Below are positions 13,278 through 28,694 of a stretch of 32,174 nt of DNA, in pieces. A model generated the notes under the pieces. The model saw only the letters and a program-made list of their open reading frames with translations, made no database searches and was not told the origin of the DNA. How positions within the stretch are numbered: the first letter of the stretch is position 1; each line of letters starts with the position of its first letter. The stretch covers positions 62,001 to 94,174 of the forward strand of contig CAJNYD010000438.1 in NCBI GenBank assembly GCA_905331295.1, written 5' to 3'. The DNA is from Rotaria socialis (Eukaryota). The position numbers were made by a program, and so were the translations under genes.

Positions 13278-13959
13278 TGCTGCTTGTGATTTAATGTGTT
13301 TAGCTCTCGAATATATACTCATTTATAAACTATATTTTTTAATGATTATATATTGAAAAGATTGTGAATCAGTCCGATAACGATATACATTCACAAACAA
13401 CTTAATCCGATTCGTTTTTATTGGTCCCACTTGCATATTACCCTTTTTTTTTTCATTCTTGACACATGTGAAAGTTGGGCATAACTAGTCTCTGTTGACA
13501 TTTTACTCACGCAAAAAAAAGAACACAAATTACACGATGATTAGAGCGGAAAAAGGAGTTGCAAGGACAAAAAAAAATAAAGTATTGACATTTTGCTTCC
13601 ATTTGAAAAGTAATGTTTGCAATAAAATTAGTTCGCATATGCATTTAGCCGAAATATTGACATCTTATTCATCACTGAAGCTGGACGAATCCCATAAAAC
13701 TAAAAACAACAGAAAAGTGAAGCCAAGAAATATTAGATGGAATAAACAGTCCAGTAACTTCAATAAACATTACGAATGATGTGTTAAGCTTATAGGATTA
13801 ATTCGACCTACGCTTTTAATAATAGACCTTCTCTGAATAATACTCCGTCGGGGCTATGCATTCAATTCATGTTTTCTTCAGTGTAATGTCTCTCACTTGT
13901 AATGCTACTCGTTTTAAGTAAATTTGAAGAATATTGCAATGCATACATATATGACTTGA

Positions 13960-14090
13960 ATGGGCTGATAATATTTCAAAGTAATACAGATGGAAATACT
14001 CCACTGAACTTCTTATTCGAAGAACCACATCCGAGAGTAATCGAACAAGTAGTATCAAAAAATCAGGCAGATCCCCATGATTTTTTTATA
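13960..14090 (+). pseudogene. Possible isolated ankyrin-repeat remnant
   Basis: SNTDGNTPLNFLFEEPHPRVIEQVVSKNQADP resembles one ankyrin repeat (DGNTPLH...GADP); no convincing gene structure around it. Confidence 0.3.
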
Positions 14091-15911
14091 CGAACTCTGG
14101 TTATTGAAATTGCTGAAAAAAATTCGTCTAACACTAATAAATACTTACGCTTTGTCATCAATAAGTGCAATCGTCTGATTCAAAAGCGATATCTTTGTGC
14201 ATTTCAGATCGTAAAGAGTTCGCTAAACAAAAACAGCCATGTCTCAATCGTTTGGATAATAATATTTGTTTTCTCGAACAGAGTTGTTTTGTTGTCATTT
14301 TTATTTCTTAGAAACATTTTATAATTTTAAATATAGTTCATCGATAGGAACAATGTTTTGTTATACTCGATTGTATTTCTATCTGACAAATTCGTTCATA
14401 TTGAATCTACATTCGTACATCACTCAAGTTTATGTGAATTCATGCAAAAGTATGTTAACATCTAATTCATATATTTGTATTGTTGCGATGCTTTATCTGC
14501 AATTTCAATAGCGTGACTTTGAGCTTGGACTTGCTAAAAGGAAATATATTTTATTTTAAATACTTTTTTTTGAGAAAAAAATATCGCTCTTCAGTGCAAC
14601 TAGAACTCAAAACTGAGTACATACATTTTGTGGTGCATTCAAAAATCAATACTTATTGCTCGAAGCTTGAAATTCAATTTAAGTAAATTTTTTCTTGTAG
14701 CTATTTCGTTTGAATTTCCTGAGAAAAAAAGAAATTCGCATCTCATGTGACCTATGTAATCTGTGTCGATCATTCTATTTGTTACATTATTCAAAGAAAC
14801 AAACTATTTTAATTCAAAAATATTTAATTTGTGTCGAAATGAATCGATTAAATTTTACTCATATTCATAAACTACGCTAAAGATTCTCCTGTTATATGTA
14901 TACAGAGTTTCGAGACAAACTTGTTTGCTTTGCAGCTAAACATTGGGGGAAAAATAATAATCAAATTGTTTATGAACAATATCTCAAAGATTCTAAATCG
15001 ATTTTCTGATTTATTACTCTTATCTAATTTGCTGAAAATAACCTAAGAAAGTTATGTTCGATAGCTCGTATTATAAAGAAAGAGCTCTGTCGTATTTCAT
15101 CAATTTTCATACAGTTCGAACTGACAAAACAGAAAGCTGATGTTGACCTTGTCTTGAAATAACATACGAAGTGTATTGGATTAGAATTTTTTGCGCTCAT
15201 TTTCTTATTATTATTCTTGCATTAAATCAATCGGTGTCATTAATTGACAAGAAATACGAAAAGTCTCATGAAAATTGTGCTGGTAGAAACATGACTATCG
15301 AATTAAGAAATCTAAATTTTAAGATGATAATAGTTATAGCAAGAACATTTTCATAGGCTTTGTTTTATATTTACAACTTAAATTCTAGAATTACAAGTAA
15401 AAAATGTGATACTATTCAACAATTGGCAAATGATAATTAATAGGAATTTAATTTTTATATTTCTATAATACGAATCAATTCGAGATAGCAGCACAGCCGT
15501 GCCGTGTAAAATGAATTATGAGTTAGAAAAATGGTCAAGTTTAAATTTGACTTTGTAATACTTTTCTAAAGCAGCCAATTGATCAATGAAATCTTCGATA
15601 AATTTGATGTGTTCCTTTTTTTTGCAAAAAAAACACGCAAATATCAAAATGTTTTATGACTCTGTTTTTAACAACAATTTCTATGTAGTGTATAAATAGG
15701 ACATTTATAAGCATTCTTCTCGAGTAAATAAATTATGTTGTTCTTCGCAGATGTATGCGTCCTTTTTCTTCAAAAGAAAAAAAGAACATTATGAAACGTG
15801 CTCCAGAAACTCGAATTTCAGAATTTGTATTTGAAATATTCGATTGCTCTTTTGTGATTAGATTTCATTTGAAAAGGGCATCTTTATTATTTTTTTCGAA
15901 GAAAAACATTT

Positions 15912-17613
15912 TTACTCTCGAATTAGCCGGCTGCCAGATAGTAAACCGGTGGCAGTGGTTTTCAATGTTACGGGTAGAAAACGACGCGGATCATTATATA
16001 CAGCAGAATGCTGTAGTTGAGGAACGTAAGCATAGTTTGTGTCGAATTGACGGATTCGTTTTGGTAATAGTCGTTGAGTAATATTAATCGCAGCTGTTGA
16101 TACTGTTGTTGCTGCTGTCGTCGTTGCTGCTGCTGCTGCCGAAGATATTACTTCAGGTTTACTTTCAGAATTTATTGTTGTACAAGTACGTGGCGTAGCT
16201 GTACGTCGAGCTGATCGACATATGGATGTTCGTGTTTCTCGTATTGGTATTCGTGCGCTTACTTCACTAGCTGAACGGCGATTAACATTAGGTGTTGTTG
16301 CTGTTGTCATTGGTCTCGATGGTGGCATTGCTGATTGAAGTATTGGTCGTGTAGAAGTTGTGGGAACAAATGGAAAGGACACTATTGCTGTCTTTGGTCG
16401 AGATCGTTCTTGTTTTTGTTGATTCGTATTTCCTGTTTCGACTAGACGATAACGAAGACTATAACCAGAAAACCGAAATAATTTTTTTCCTGTTTCATCA
16501 ATGGATTTGTCAGTTTTTGATTCAATACTTCGAATGGTTGCTTCAATGTGTGATTTATATTGACGAGGAACAATTGGCTGCAGTAGAAGTGATTGTTGAA
16601 ATGCACTATTGTCATTATTAATATTATTATTATTATTATCATTGTCAATGACATTTGCACTTGATGGTTCTTCATTGTCTTTTTCTAGGTCATCCTCTTC
16701 TACAATTTGTTTATTTCTTTCTTGTATTTGAATTGTTAAACGACGACTACGTTCTTTCATGCGTTTTAAATAAGCTTGATGAATTTGATCGAGACGTACT
16801 TTTAAACGTCGTTGTAAATATCGTTTTACACTTGGTTTTACGTCATCACTAGTTATATCAATTAAATCAACAAGATCCATCATACCTCTAGTATATGCTA
16901 AATCACGACAAGATACTGTTTGCTCACGAATGGGAATTTGCGAATTGATACGAAATTCAAATTGATCACATGTATGATTAACGTTCACTCCTAATTGATC
17001 AATGAGATATTCAGCGACTTTATATCGTTGAGCACGAATAGCAGCCATAAGAAGAGATTCAGTAAACTAGAATAGAATTTATGCATAAAATTGAATTTAA
17101 TATTATATTTTAATTACTTACACATGTCATATTTGGACTAGCACCGGATATTGTATCGAAGAGTGCTTCCAGCCTGTCAATTGAACCTTCATGAGTTGCT
17201 TTAAAAAATTCCTAAAATATTTTATTTATTTATTTTTTGAATTAAACTCTGAAAAGCACGTGTCTTTTTTTTCCTGTGTAACCTTGATGATTTCTGGAGA
17301 AAGCTCTGTTTCATCATCGATAGCAGGTATGGTAGGTTTTTCTTCAATCTTGAATTCGATTGATAAGAAGAAAAAACATTGAAAGATATTATCAAAATTA
17401 AAATACATACGAATTCATCGGGCTCGTGTTCTTCTCCAATTACAGTTACTTTTGGTTTCTCATTAAGTAAAGAGTCTACATGCTGTTGATTTGAATCGCT
17501 AAGAAATGACAACACTCGAAGAGCTGCTCCTTCTATTATAACAATACATACATACAGATGTCCTAGTTCTTTTTTAGCATTCTCTATTCAATCGTTACGA
17601 TCTTACCATTCAT
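15912..17613 (-). CDS. Ankyrin-repeat protein (about 479 aa) with long basic, disordered C-terminus, 5 exons (17613-17607, 17532-17411, 17348-17283, 17211-17122, 17066-15912)
   Basis: Spliced EFFKATHEGSIDRLEALFDTISGASPNMTCFTESLLMAAIRAQRYKVAEYLIDQLGVNVNH gives ankyrin-like repeats; all introns are GT-AG, 55-74 nt, and the frame stays continuous; poly-Asn and Ala/Thr tracts in the last exon. Confidence 0.8.
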
Positions 17614-18522
17614 GTTAGAATTGTATGTACGTACTTAAAAGTCTCAAAATAATGAATGACACATACCATTTTGATTGCAACACTCTCGTAGACAAACACA
17701 CACACTTTCTTTCTCGCTTGTTGCATGCCACACTCTCGTGGCAACAATCGAATAAAGTAAATAATAAAAAACTGTTTTCCTTTATTCATTTTCCATTACT
17801 TTCTTTTTTTTTGCATTTAAAATATAAGTTTTAAAATAAAATGCATTTTCATAGAAAAATCAATAAATATAATTTTAAAAACCATACGATAACTATGTTT
17901 AACTGAGTTAAACAATCGATAAAATTTGAATTGAAACGAAATGCAATCAAATTTGTGCATGCAGAGTGATGAGTAAAACTTATCTTGAGTTACAGTATTT
18001 TTCTAGATATTTGGCAATAGTCCAATTGCGATATATTAGTCTAGCGACAGAACGACTTCGTGTTCTTATAAAGATACTCTAATCAATGCTATGGATCATC
18101 ATTCATTTGTTCAAATTGTACAAAATAACAGAAATGTAATGAACCATGTGTTCTACTGGTGGTCATTTTGATTTTATTCCGCATTACCTAGATTTAACTG
18201 GTTGACATCATCCAAAGAAATTTAGATCAGAAAAAAAATTGAAATATTTTTCTTTTTAACTTCAAGAAGTAAAACTTTTTGAGTTCAATGTTTATCTACT
18301 ATTCAAGTGTTGACAATAAGTATGTTCGTGCAGTACGACGAAAAACTCCATGTTGCACAAATATTCTATAGCATACGAAAGACAAAAAGATTCTATCTGT
18401 TGCAGTCTGCGTGTCATGCAACTATATCTTCGTAATTTTTATCTATATAGATAAAAAAAAATGATGTTTGGATAATATTTCATTTGATAGTTATTTTATT
18501 TCTTTACGTATCAATAATTGAA

Positions 18523-19119
18523 ATGGCAAACGCATTGTTCAGTAGTTCTTCTGTTCTTGAAGACAAATCTATTATTACCACACGCAAAAATTCTCGTACA
18601 GGTTCACTTGCTGACCATTCGAACACATCATATGGAGGAAGCTTTTCAATGTCGCATGTATCACCTATGGTTCATGCACCATTTATTTCTGAGGCTCTAG
18701 CTGAAGCTCGTGCTGGTCTTGCCGAAGGTGGAATACCGATTGGATGTGTACTTGTTCGCAATAATCAAGTGATTGCACGTGGACATAATCGTCGTATTCA
18801 ACGTGGTTCAGTTATTCTACACGCGGAAATGGATTGTCTTGAATCAGCTGGCCGACAAACAGCAGCATTTTATAAAGAATGTATACTTTATACAACGTTA
18901 TCTCCATGTGCTATGTGTTCAGGTGCTATTCGTCTTTATGGCATTCCTCGAGTAGTAATTGGTGAAAATAAAACATTTCATGGCGATGAAACCCTACTTA
19001 AAACACATAATGTACATATTGATATACTGGATTCGAAAGAATGTCGCGAACTACTTGACAATTATATTAAGGAACATCATTCAATTTGGAATGAAGATAT
19101 TGGTCGTGATCAACAGTGA
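18523..19119 (+). CDS. Cytosine deaminase, Fcy1-type (CDA-fold zinc nucleobase deaminase), intronless, 198 aa
   Basis: EGGIPIG, GHNRRIQ, HAE and TLSPCAMC zinc motifs, IPRVVIGENKTF and C-terminal WNEDIG, matching the yeast Fcy1 / bacterial nucleoside-deaminase signature. First ATG at 18523. Confidence 0.92.
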   Translation: MANALFSSSSVLEDKSIITTRKNSRTGSLADHSNTSYGGSFSMSHVSPMVHAPFISEALAEARAGLAEGGIPIGCVLVRNNQVIARGHNRRIQRGSVILHAEMDCLESAGRQTAAFYKECILYTTLSPCAMCSGAIRLYGIPRVVIGENKTFHGDETLLKTHNVHIDILDSKECRELLDNYIKEHHSIWNEDIGRDQQ

Positions 19120-19424
19120 AATACAAATAGTTCACAACAATGAATTCTTTTGATGAAGAAAAGTATATTGAAATTGAATCTTTTTAAAACAAATCGAAGA
19201 TAATAGTTCGACTTTTTGTATATGATTTAAATAGCTTTTCAATATGAAAACAACAAAAATTCAGTTGAAAACCTAATAAATATCTGATTAAATTTTTTTA
19301 TTATTTCAATAGATTGAATATTGAATGATTCTAGTTGTTATTAAACTACTTCTAGACGATTTAGACAGTAAAATCAAATAGAATTTTATTTCAAACTTTT
19401 CTTTTCACAAAATCTTAAACAGTT

Positions 19425-19916
19425 TTAACCAGAAGTCATTGCTTTGACAAATTCTTCATAATTAATTCGCCCACTATTATCTCTATCGGCTGTACCTAAT
19501 AGTTCCCATATTTGCTGTTGTGATAAACCACCACTTTCACCAAAAACGTTTAGAATATTTGCAATATCATCTGTAGCTATTGTACCTGTTCCTTTCGGAT
19601 CAAGTACCATACGAAATGCATCACGTACATCTTGTTCACTTTCAAATGTTTCATGATTCAGAGAATTTGCTCGTCGTTCCATTAGATTTACAAAATCTAA
19701 TGATGTAAATTTACCACGTGGATCAAGATTAGCCTGTTGAAGGACAGTGGTTACTTCTGCATTGGTTACTGTTTGACCAAGACTACGTAGAACTAATGGC
19801 AATTCAGAAGAGCTTATTAAGCCATCGCAATCTTTATCGAATAATATAAATGCTTCTTCATATTCACTACGACGATCAGCACTTAGTCCTTGCTCATGTG
19901 GTTCGTTGTCACCCAT
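19425..19916 (-). CDS. Calmodulin-like EF-hand protein, intronless, 163 aa
   Basis: EYEEAFILFDKDCDGLISSSEL..VLRSLGQ (EF1) and ADRDNSGRINYEEFVKAM (EF4) are canonical; EF2 (NLDPRGKFTSLD) and EF3 (DPKGTGTIATDD) are degenerate. Confidence 0.93.
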   Translation of the reverse strand: MGDNEPHEQGLSADRRSEYEEAFILFDKDCDGLISSSELPLVLRSLGQTVTNAEVTTVLQQANLDPRGKFTSLDFVNLMERRANSLNHETFESEQDVRDAFRMVLDPKGTGTIATDDIANILNVFGESGGLSQQQIWELLGTADRDNSGRINYEEFVKAMTSG

Positions 19917-20466
19917 GATTTATAATATGAAAATTATGTTTGTTGATACAAATGTGTATACATAATAATCAACGATGCATAACGCAATAAATAAGTATGC
20001 TGAGTCATCTCGTAGTCCAATAGGAAATTATATAAATATGATATCTTCCTGTTTGAATCGATCATTTAGAATATAACTAAAAAAGTTAAGCTTGAACAAC
20101 GAAAAAATAATAGTAAGTTGAATAGTAATGGAAGCTACGAGCAGAACAGAAATAATCTTTGATTAGCAAGGATGACTATCGGTATTAAAGATCTCTAATT
20201 TTTGTAATCCTGTTCAAACTTATATTTTTAAATTGATAAATTAAAGATAGATACGAAGTTAGAATGCGTACACACATATATATACGTACTAGTGATTTCT
20301 TTTGAATCTACCTCTTTCTTTTTTGCATAAAATATTTTCTTTTTTTGTAAGTAAATAGTTTGTAATCTATAAACAGTTTTTATTGATCAAGTTCCTTCAT
20401 GAAGATACAAAACGGTATAAAAGGATATGTAAAACAAAAAAGAAAAAGAAAATAATAATCTTATTC

Positions 20467-21620
20467 CTATTGCTGCATAACATGCATCTGACGTTGCCCA
20501 GTAAGGTTATCTATAATAATCATACTAATTATCTGTTGTTGTTTACTGTTTTCACTGGTACATATATTTGATATAAATTCTTCCTGTTGATCCCATTGTC
20601 GTTCAACTTGTTTGACTTCACCGGTTCGATCATCCATTAATGTTAATGCATTTGGTGTTACTTTATATCCGCCTATAATGAGCCATTGATGATCATCGAT
20701 AGGTGCTAACATGCAACGTTCAATAAAATTAAATGCACCAATGCCATAGCCAATTGTTAAACCACGATGTGTACGCGTCATGGTAGCATAATCAAATAAA
20801 TCAACACGCCATTGACATGTAGTACGTTGTCGTAATGTCATGCCAACTGAATAACCATTTGTACGTATGCATGAGATTCGATCGTCGGAATTACTTTCAC
20901 GTATTTCACTACCAGATAATGTTTGAATACGTTTAAAACTGGGTAATGATAAACGCCATACAGATTCAAGACCATCCGATAAAACAATGAATACATCATT
21001 ACTTGAAGATAGAAATCAAGAAAATGTCTGAATTTTAATTTCAAATAATTCCCTTACCCATGACAAGCAATCGACCAAAAATAGTTATCTTTTCTATTAA
21101 TTAAATTTATATTTTCTATTTGTATTAATTGATCTTTTTCAGTGTTATATGCTTGTAAACGATCATAACCAGCAATAAGAAAAGCATTTAAAACACTGGA
21201 CCATGCTAAATCAAATGCACCGAACGTTTTTATATCAATAAGTCGTATTTGATTTCCGTTTAAATCAAAAAGACGTAATGTACTTGAACTTCCACCACCA
21301 ACTAATATATGTTCATTGGATGAAGCTAATGCTGACCATTTTTCATTTTCAACCTTAGGTAAAGCTATTTGATTTGTTGATGAACAACGGCTCAATCGTT
21401 CTAAATCGATATTGCGTGTTGACCGATTTACTATTTGACGTATACGCGGTTTGACAAGGGGCGGGACAATAAATGCTATTGATGATCGATTGGTACCATT
21501 GGATAATGGTGATTTCGATAGTTTTATTTCAAGATGTGATTCACATTCGTTCATATGTTCACATCGATCTTGATGATGATTACTATTTGATAATAAATCA
21601 AAATTCATTGCAATAGGCAT
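20467..21620 (-). CDS. Uncharacterised beta-propeller-like protein (365 aa), 2 exons (21620-21058, 21001-20467)
   Basis: A 56-nt GT-AG intron joins the two ORFs in frame; repeated beta-strand blocks (ALASSNEHILVGG, LRLFDLNGNQIRLI, DLAWSSVLNAFLIAG, WSIACHGNDVFIV, WRVDLFD) look like WD40/NHL-type blades. Confidence 0.8.
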
Positions 21621-21735
21621 CTGAAAATTGAAAAATGTATGCCATTTTGTTTTCGACAGATTAAAATTCATATTTATCTGACATTTTAGAAATACACTCA
21701 GTCGTAAAAAGATAGGAGACGAGAAAAAAATTAGT

Positions 21736-24913
<3,178 letters not shown>

Positions 24914-25527
24914 CTATAGATAAACTAGACACTCTTGATTTGAATCGGACGGATCGATCGAATTATTATTTATTAAAGAAAGAAATTCACTTTCTTATGG
25001 AAGAATAACGTACCAATAGAAATAGTTCAAGTTAAAATACATCTAGAAAGAGGTTCTAAGAGTGACAAATAAAGTTATTGTGAAAAAATTAGCGTAGCTG
25101 GAAAAGAATTATTCAATATACGAAAGAGAAATGTGAATTAAATGATAGAAGGATAGACCCTGGATGACTCGTACTTTGTTAACAGATTTCTTTTTATTTA
25201 CACACTTGATTGGTAGCTTTGAATAACTAAGTTTGATGTGAATATTTCGTCTTTTAATATGGCAAACATTCTCTCTTTTTTACATAGTGGACAAACAATT
25301 TGAAATTTTGTTTTCTTCCTATTTATTGAATAAAAACTATTACAACTCGAAAATCTAATTCACATTTTAGAATAAAAAAAACGGTCATGCGTAGCATAAA
25401 TTACAAAAAGAAAACATAAATGAGATTTTCATTCCAAAGTAAAGAACTGCAAATTTTTTACAGAAAAAATACACACACACTGAGGCTAGATGTAATGAAT
25501 ATTATATATGTATATCTAAAGAATGTT

Positions 25528-27493
25528 TTATTTTTTATGCATATCAATTCGACCTAAATTCGATGGCCAATAACGATTTGTATGTGAGAATTGTCGACTA
25601 GATTTATGTTGATGCGCATCATCATCTAGTGTTGTGTCATGTCTTTTTTTCTTTTTTGTGATTATTAAATCAGGATTTGATGTTTCAAGCATTGGTTGTA
25701 AAATTCGACGACGAGCATTTATGAACCAATTATTAACTTGAAGTAATGATAAATTTGTCTGATTTGCTATGATCCGTTTTTCATCTTCACTTGGATATGG
25801 ATGAGCCTTTACAAAACAAGATTTTAATTAAAGAAAAATAGCAACAACAAATTTTTTCAATTTACAATATGTTGAAATAACCAGCTACGCATAATCGACG
25901 TTGCACTTTTTGGTAGAATACCACGTTTTGATGATGAAACAATATTTGGTTGTTTTCGTTGTTTTGTAGACATTGTTTCAAATAAAAATGATGATGAATC
26001 GATGTGAGACGATGAGCCACTTGCAATTATTTGAGAAAGTGGAGTTTGACCATCAAATTGTGTTGTATTTAATGAATTTAAATCATTCGTCGATACTGTT
26101 TGTTTACTAAGAAAAGAAACATAGAATTATATAAAAATATGGTAAGTGTAAAAACAACTTGAAATGGGCTTTTGAAAAGGAAAAATGTATTTTTCGATAG
26201 TAGTATCTCTTATCTACGTAAATCGATACCGTTTAATTAGTCAAATGCTTAAAAATGCAAACAATAGAACATAGGTTTTACATATAGATCTTTTCTTTTT
26301 GTTATCACTTTAGATTATGACCTAGCGGTCGTTAGACGAGATAAAAATCAGATCGTGAATAGGAAAATAGGATTCATGAAACATACAATGATCTATCAAG
26401 AAGTATCATTTGTAATTGTACTAGAAAAAGAACTTGTAGCTGCATATCGGCATTTGAAGTCTCTATTCGCATTGTAAATGATCATTCAGTTATTATTCGT
26501 ATAGATGTTTTCCAATAAAAATACCAGACGAAATGATTAATAGTGTCATCTTGTTTTCTCTAGTGGATGTTGGAATATAAAAAGAGTCGTTTCATATTCA
26601 TCTCGAAACGTCTCTATCATAAAAGAAGCAGGATTAGTACTTATTTTATCACTGTCGTATCGAATGTTATTAATTATTATTGTTGAATACGTCAACAAAA
26701 GACCGATACACATTGGCCTTGTCGCTTTCTCTAGGAAAGTTCGATCAAAATGACTTCAATGTTATCTCCACATCCGTATTAATTCAAGTTAGATTACAGG
26801 TATGTAGATAACTATGAAGCTATAGCATGTTTAATAAGATTCATCATTAATATTAAAAATAAAACTAACATATAGAATTCAAGATGAATTTTATTTTGCT
26901 TTGTGTTTAACTCACCTGTGAAATTGTGTCTTAAAAATATGATTCGTAGTAATCTGTTGTTGATTAAACATGAATTCTTCATCATTCTCTTCTGCGGATT
27001 CAAAATCTTCATCATTATTTAACTCGAAATCTTCATCATCATTATCAACATCTTCTTCTTCGTCGTCAGTAAATAAATTATTTGGATTAAGTTTAACTTT
27101 AAGACAAGCAACATAACGTTGACAGAAATCTCGACATAAATCATCGAGTTTTTCGAGTTCAAGTAAATGAATACGAAGTACTTGCATTGCATCAATATAA
27201 AATTCATCAATTACTGAGGATAAATCATTATGATCTCGAGTTATGGTTAATATCTCATTATTTTTTGTTAAGAACTTTTTTAAATTATCTTCAAATGATG
27301 TTTGACAATCATCTTTCATTGTTAAAAATGATGGATTAACTGTTGCTTGTTCGCATCGTTCGAGTACGTAAGCAAGTACGGGAAATAATGGATGTTTATA
27401 AATTAAAGATTTTTGTGAATTAAGTATTTCAGTATTATTTCGATCGAGACAATTTTCATCATTATCATCATCTGATGATGAAGTAAACGACAT
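25528..27493 (-). CDS. PKNOX: TALE-class homeobox protein PKNOX/PREP, 365 aa, 3 exons (27493-26916, 26106-25866, 25806-25528)
   Basis: MEINOX motifs [21 protein letters not shown] and [31 protein letters not shown]; homeodomain [75 protein letters not shown] and the downstream RYWP favour PREP over MEIS. Confidence 0.95.
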
Positions 27494-27526
27494 GATAGAG
27501 TTTCTTTACTCAATAATATTGACAGT

Positions 27527-27551
27527 ATGAGATGAGATGAGATGAGATGAG
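27527..27551. repeat. (GAGAT)n pentanucleotide repeat just upstream of the PKNOX start
   Basis: atgagatgagatgagatgagatgag read directly. Confidence 0.8.
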
Positions 27552-27591
27552 TTGATGGATATTGATCTAGAAATAGTTGAACGATACATTT

Positions 27592-28031
27592 TGATTGGCT
27601 GTTTTAAAAAGTTATTTAAAAAAAGAAAAAGATAAAATTTAAGTCATTTGAAAAATATTTCGATTTCTTAATGATTTCGATTTTTTACGAAGATCATTAT
27701 AGAGGTCGAATGATGATTACTGATTGGTGTAAAGAAAGGCGTGATAGAGTGAGTGATTTTTTCTTGTCGTCGTTACAAATCATCACGTTGTTCTTCTACG
27801 AACAATTAAAATCAAGCATTACATTCATATTTTATTAGATTTTCGTTGTCAAATACATGATTTTGAAAGCACGAAAGACTAGAACAATCTTTTTGTTCTG
27901 TTAGCCATTGTATAATATTTGCAATGGAGATTAAACTTTTTTCGTTTACACCGGGCTAATGTAGTACATTTGAAAAATCTACTATGTACCACATTTGCCA
28001 GCGGTGCATAACTAAAAGAGACTGATTGGTT
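27592..28031 (-). promoter_or_regulatory. Three CCAAT boxes upstream of PKNOX
   Basis: TGATTGG at 27592, 27721 and 28023, i.e. CCAATCA on the PKNOX strand, matching the NF-Y consensus. Confidence 0.45.
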
Positions 28032-28694
28032 CACAATACGCGCTCTTTTATACTGTAGTACATTGATTTGTTTTTCAATGTCACATTTATCTAATTATGA
28101 ATTATGTGAAATTAAAGAAATTTCCCCGTTTTATCGACGTTTTAATCAATACAAAAATCAAGAATTAATGTTCACTGTTACATTTTTTATCTTATTGATG
28201 TATTTGGAAGAATTTTTATTTGTTTTTCGTAAACGAAAACAAATAAAGGAAATGTTCCCTATTTTTCATAAAAGTTAATTTTTTTGTCTTAGAATATTTA
28301 CTCGTTCGTATGGGTTATGCACGACCATTTATTATTCAAATGACAATTTTCGAAACAAAAGATCAAATATCACCAATAGATTCACATAGTAGCACAGAAG
28401 ATTCCTAATTTCGAAATGAATAATATAACAAAAGAAAACATTTTATCCACACATCGAACTCGTATGCATTGCATGTTTACTGCACGCAAATTAAAAGCAT
28501 TTTAGTAGCAATTCAATTCTCTATGGAACAATACAAACAAAAAGATACAAATAAAGAAAAATCTATTGGCTGCTGTTCTGTCCTTCAGACATCTGTTTCA
28601 CGGACATGTGCTTTATTCATCTATCAATCATTATCAGTAGTTATTTTCAAAGTAGGACTAACGATATATACTATAAAAAAAAAAAAGTGAAATA

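Noticed and set aside
18523..19119. tRNA adenosine deaminase (TadA/ADAT2) or APOBEC-like editor next to a DNA-repair helicase
   Set aside because: TLSPC rather than TxEPC and the WNEDIG tail that caps the active site indicate a free-base cytosine deaminase; nothing links it functionally to RECQL.
19425..19916. EFCAB9, the EF-hand subunit of CatSper, clustered with CatSper2
   Set aside because: The sequence follows calmodulin closely (EAF.LFDKD.DG, LRSLGQ, G.INYEEFV) and lies about 9 kb away; no EFCAB9-specific features recognised.
24914..25013. Trans-splice acceptor directly before the RECQL ATG
   Set aside because: A good cis donor (GTACGT at 25013) explains it as an ordinary 100-nt 5' UTR intron.
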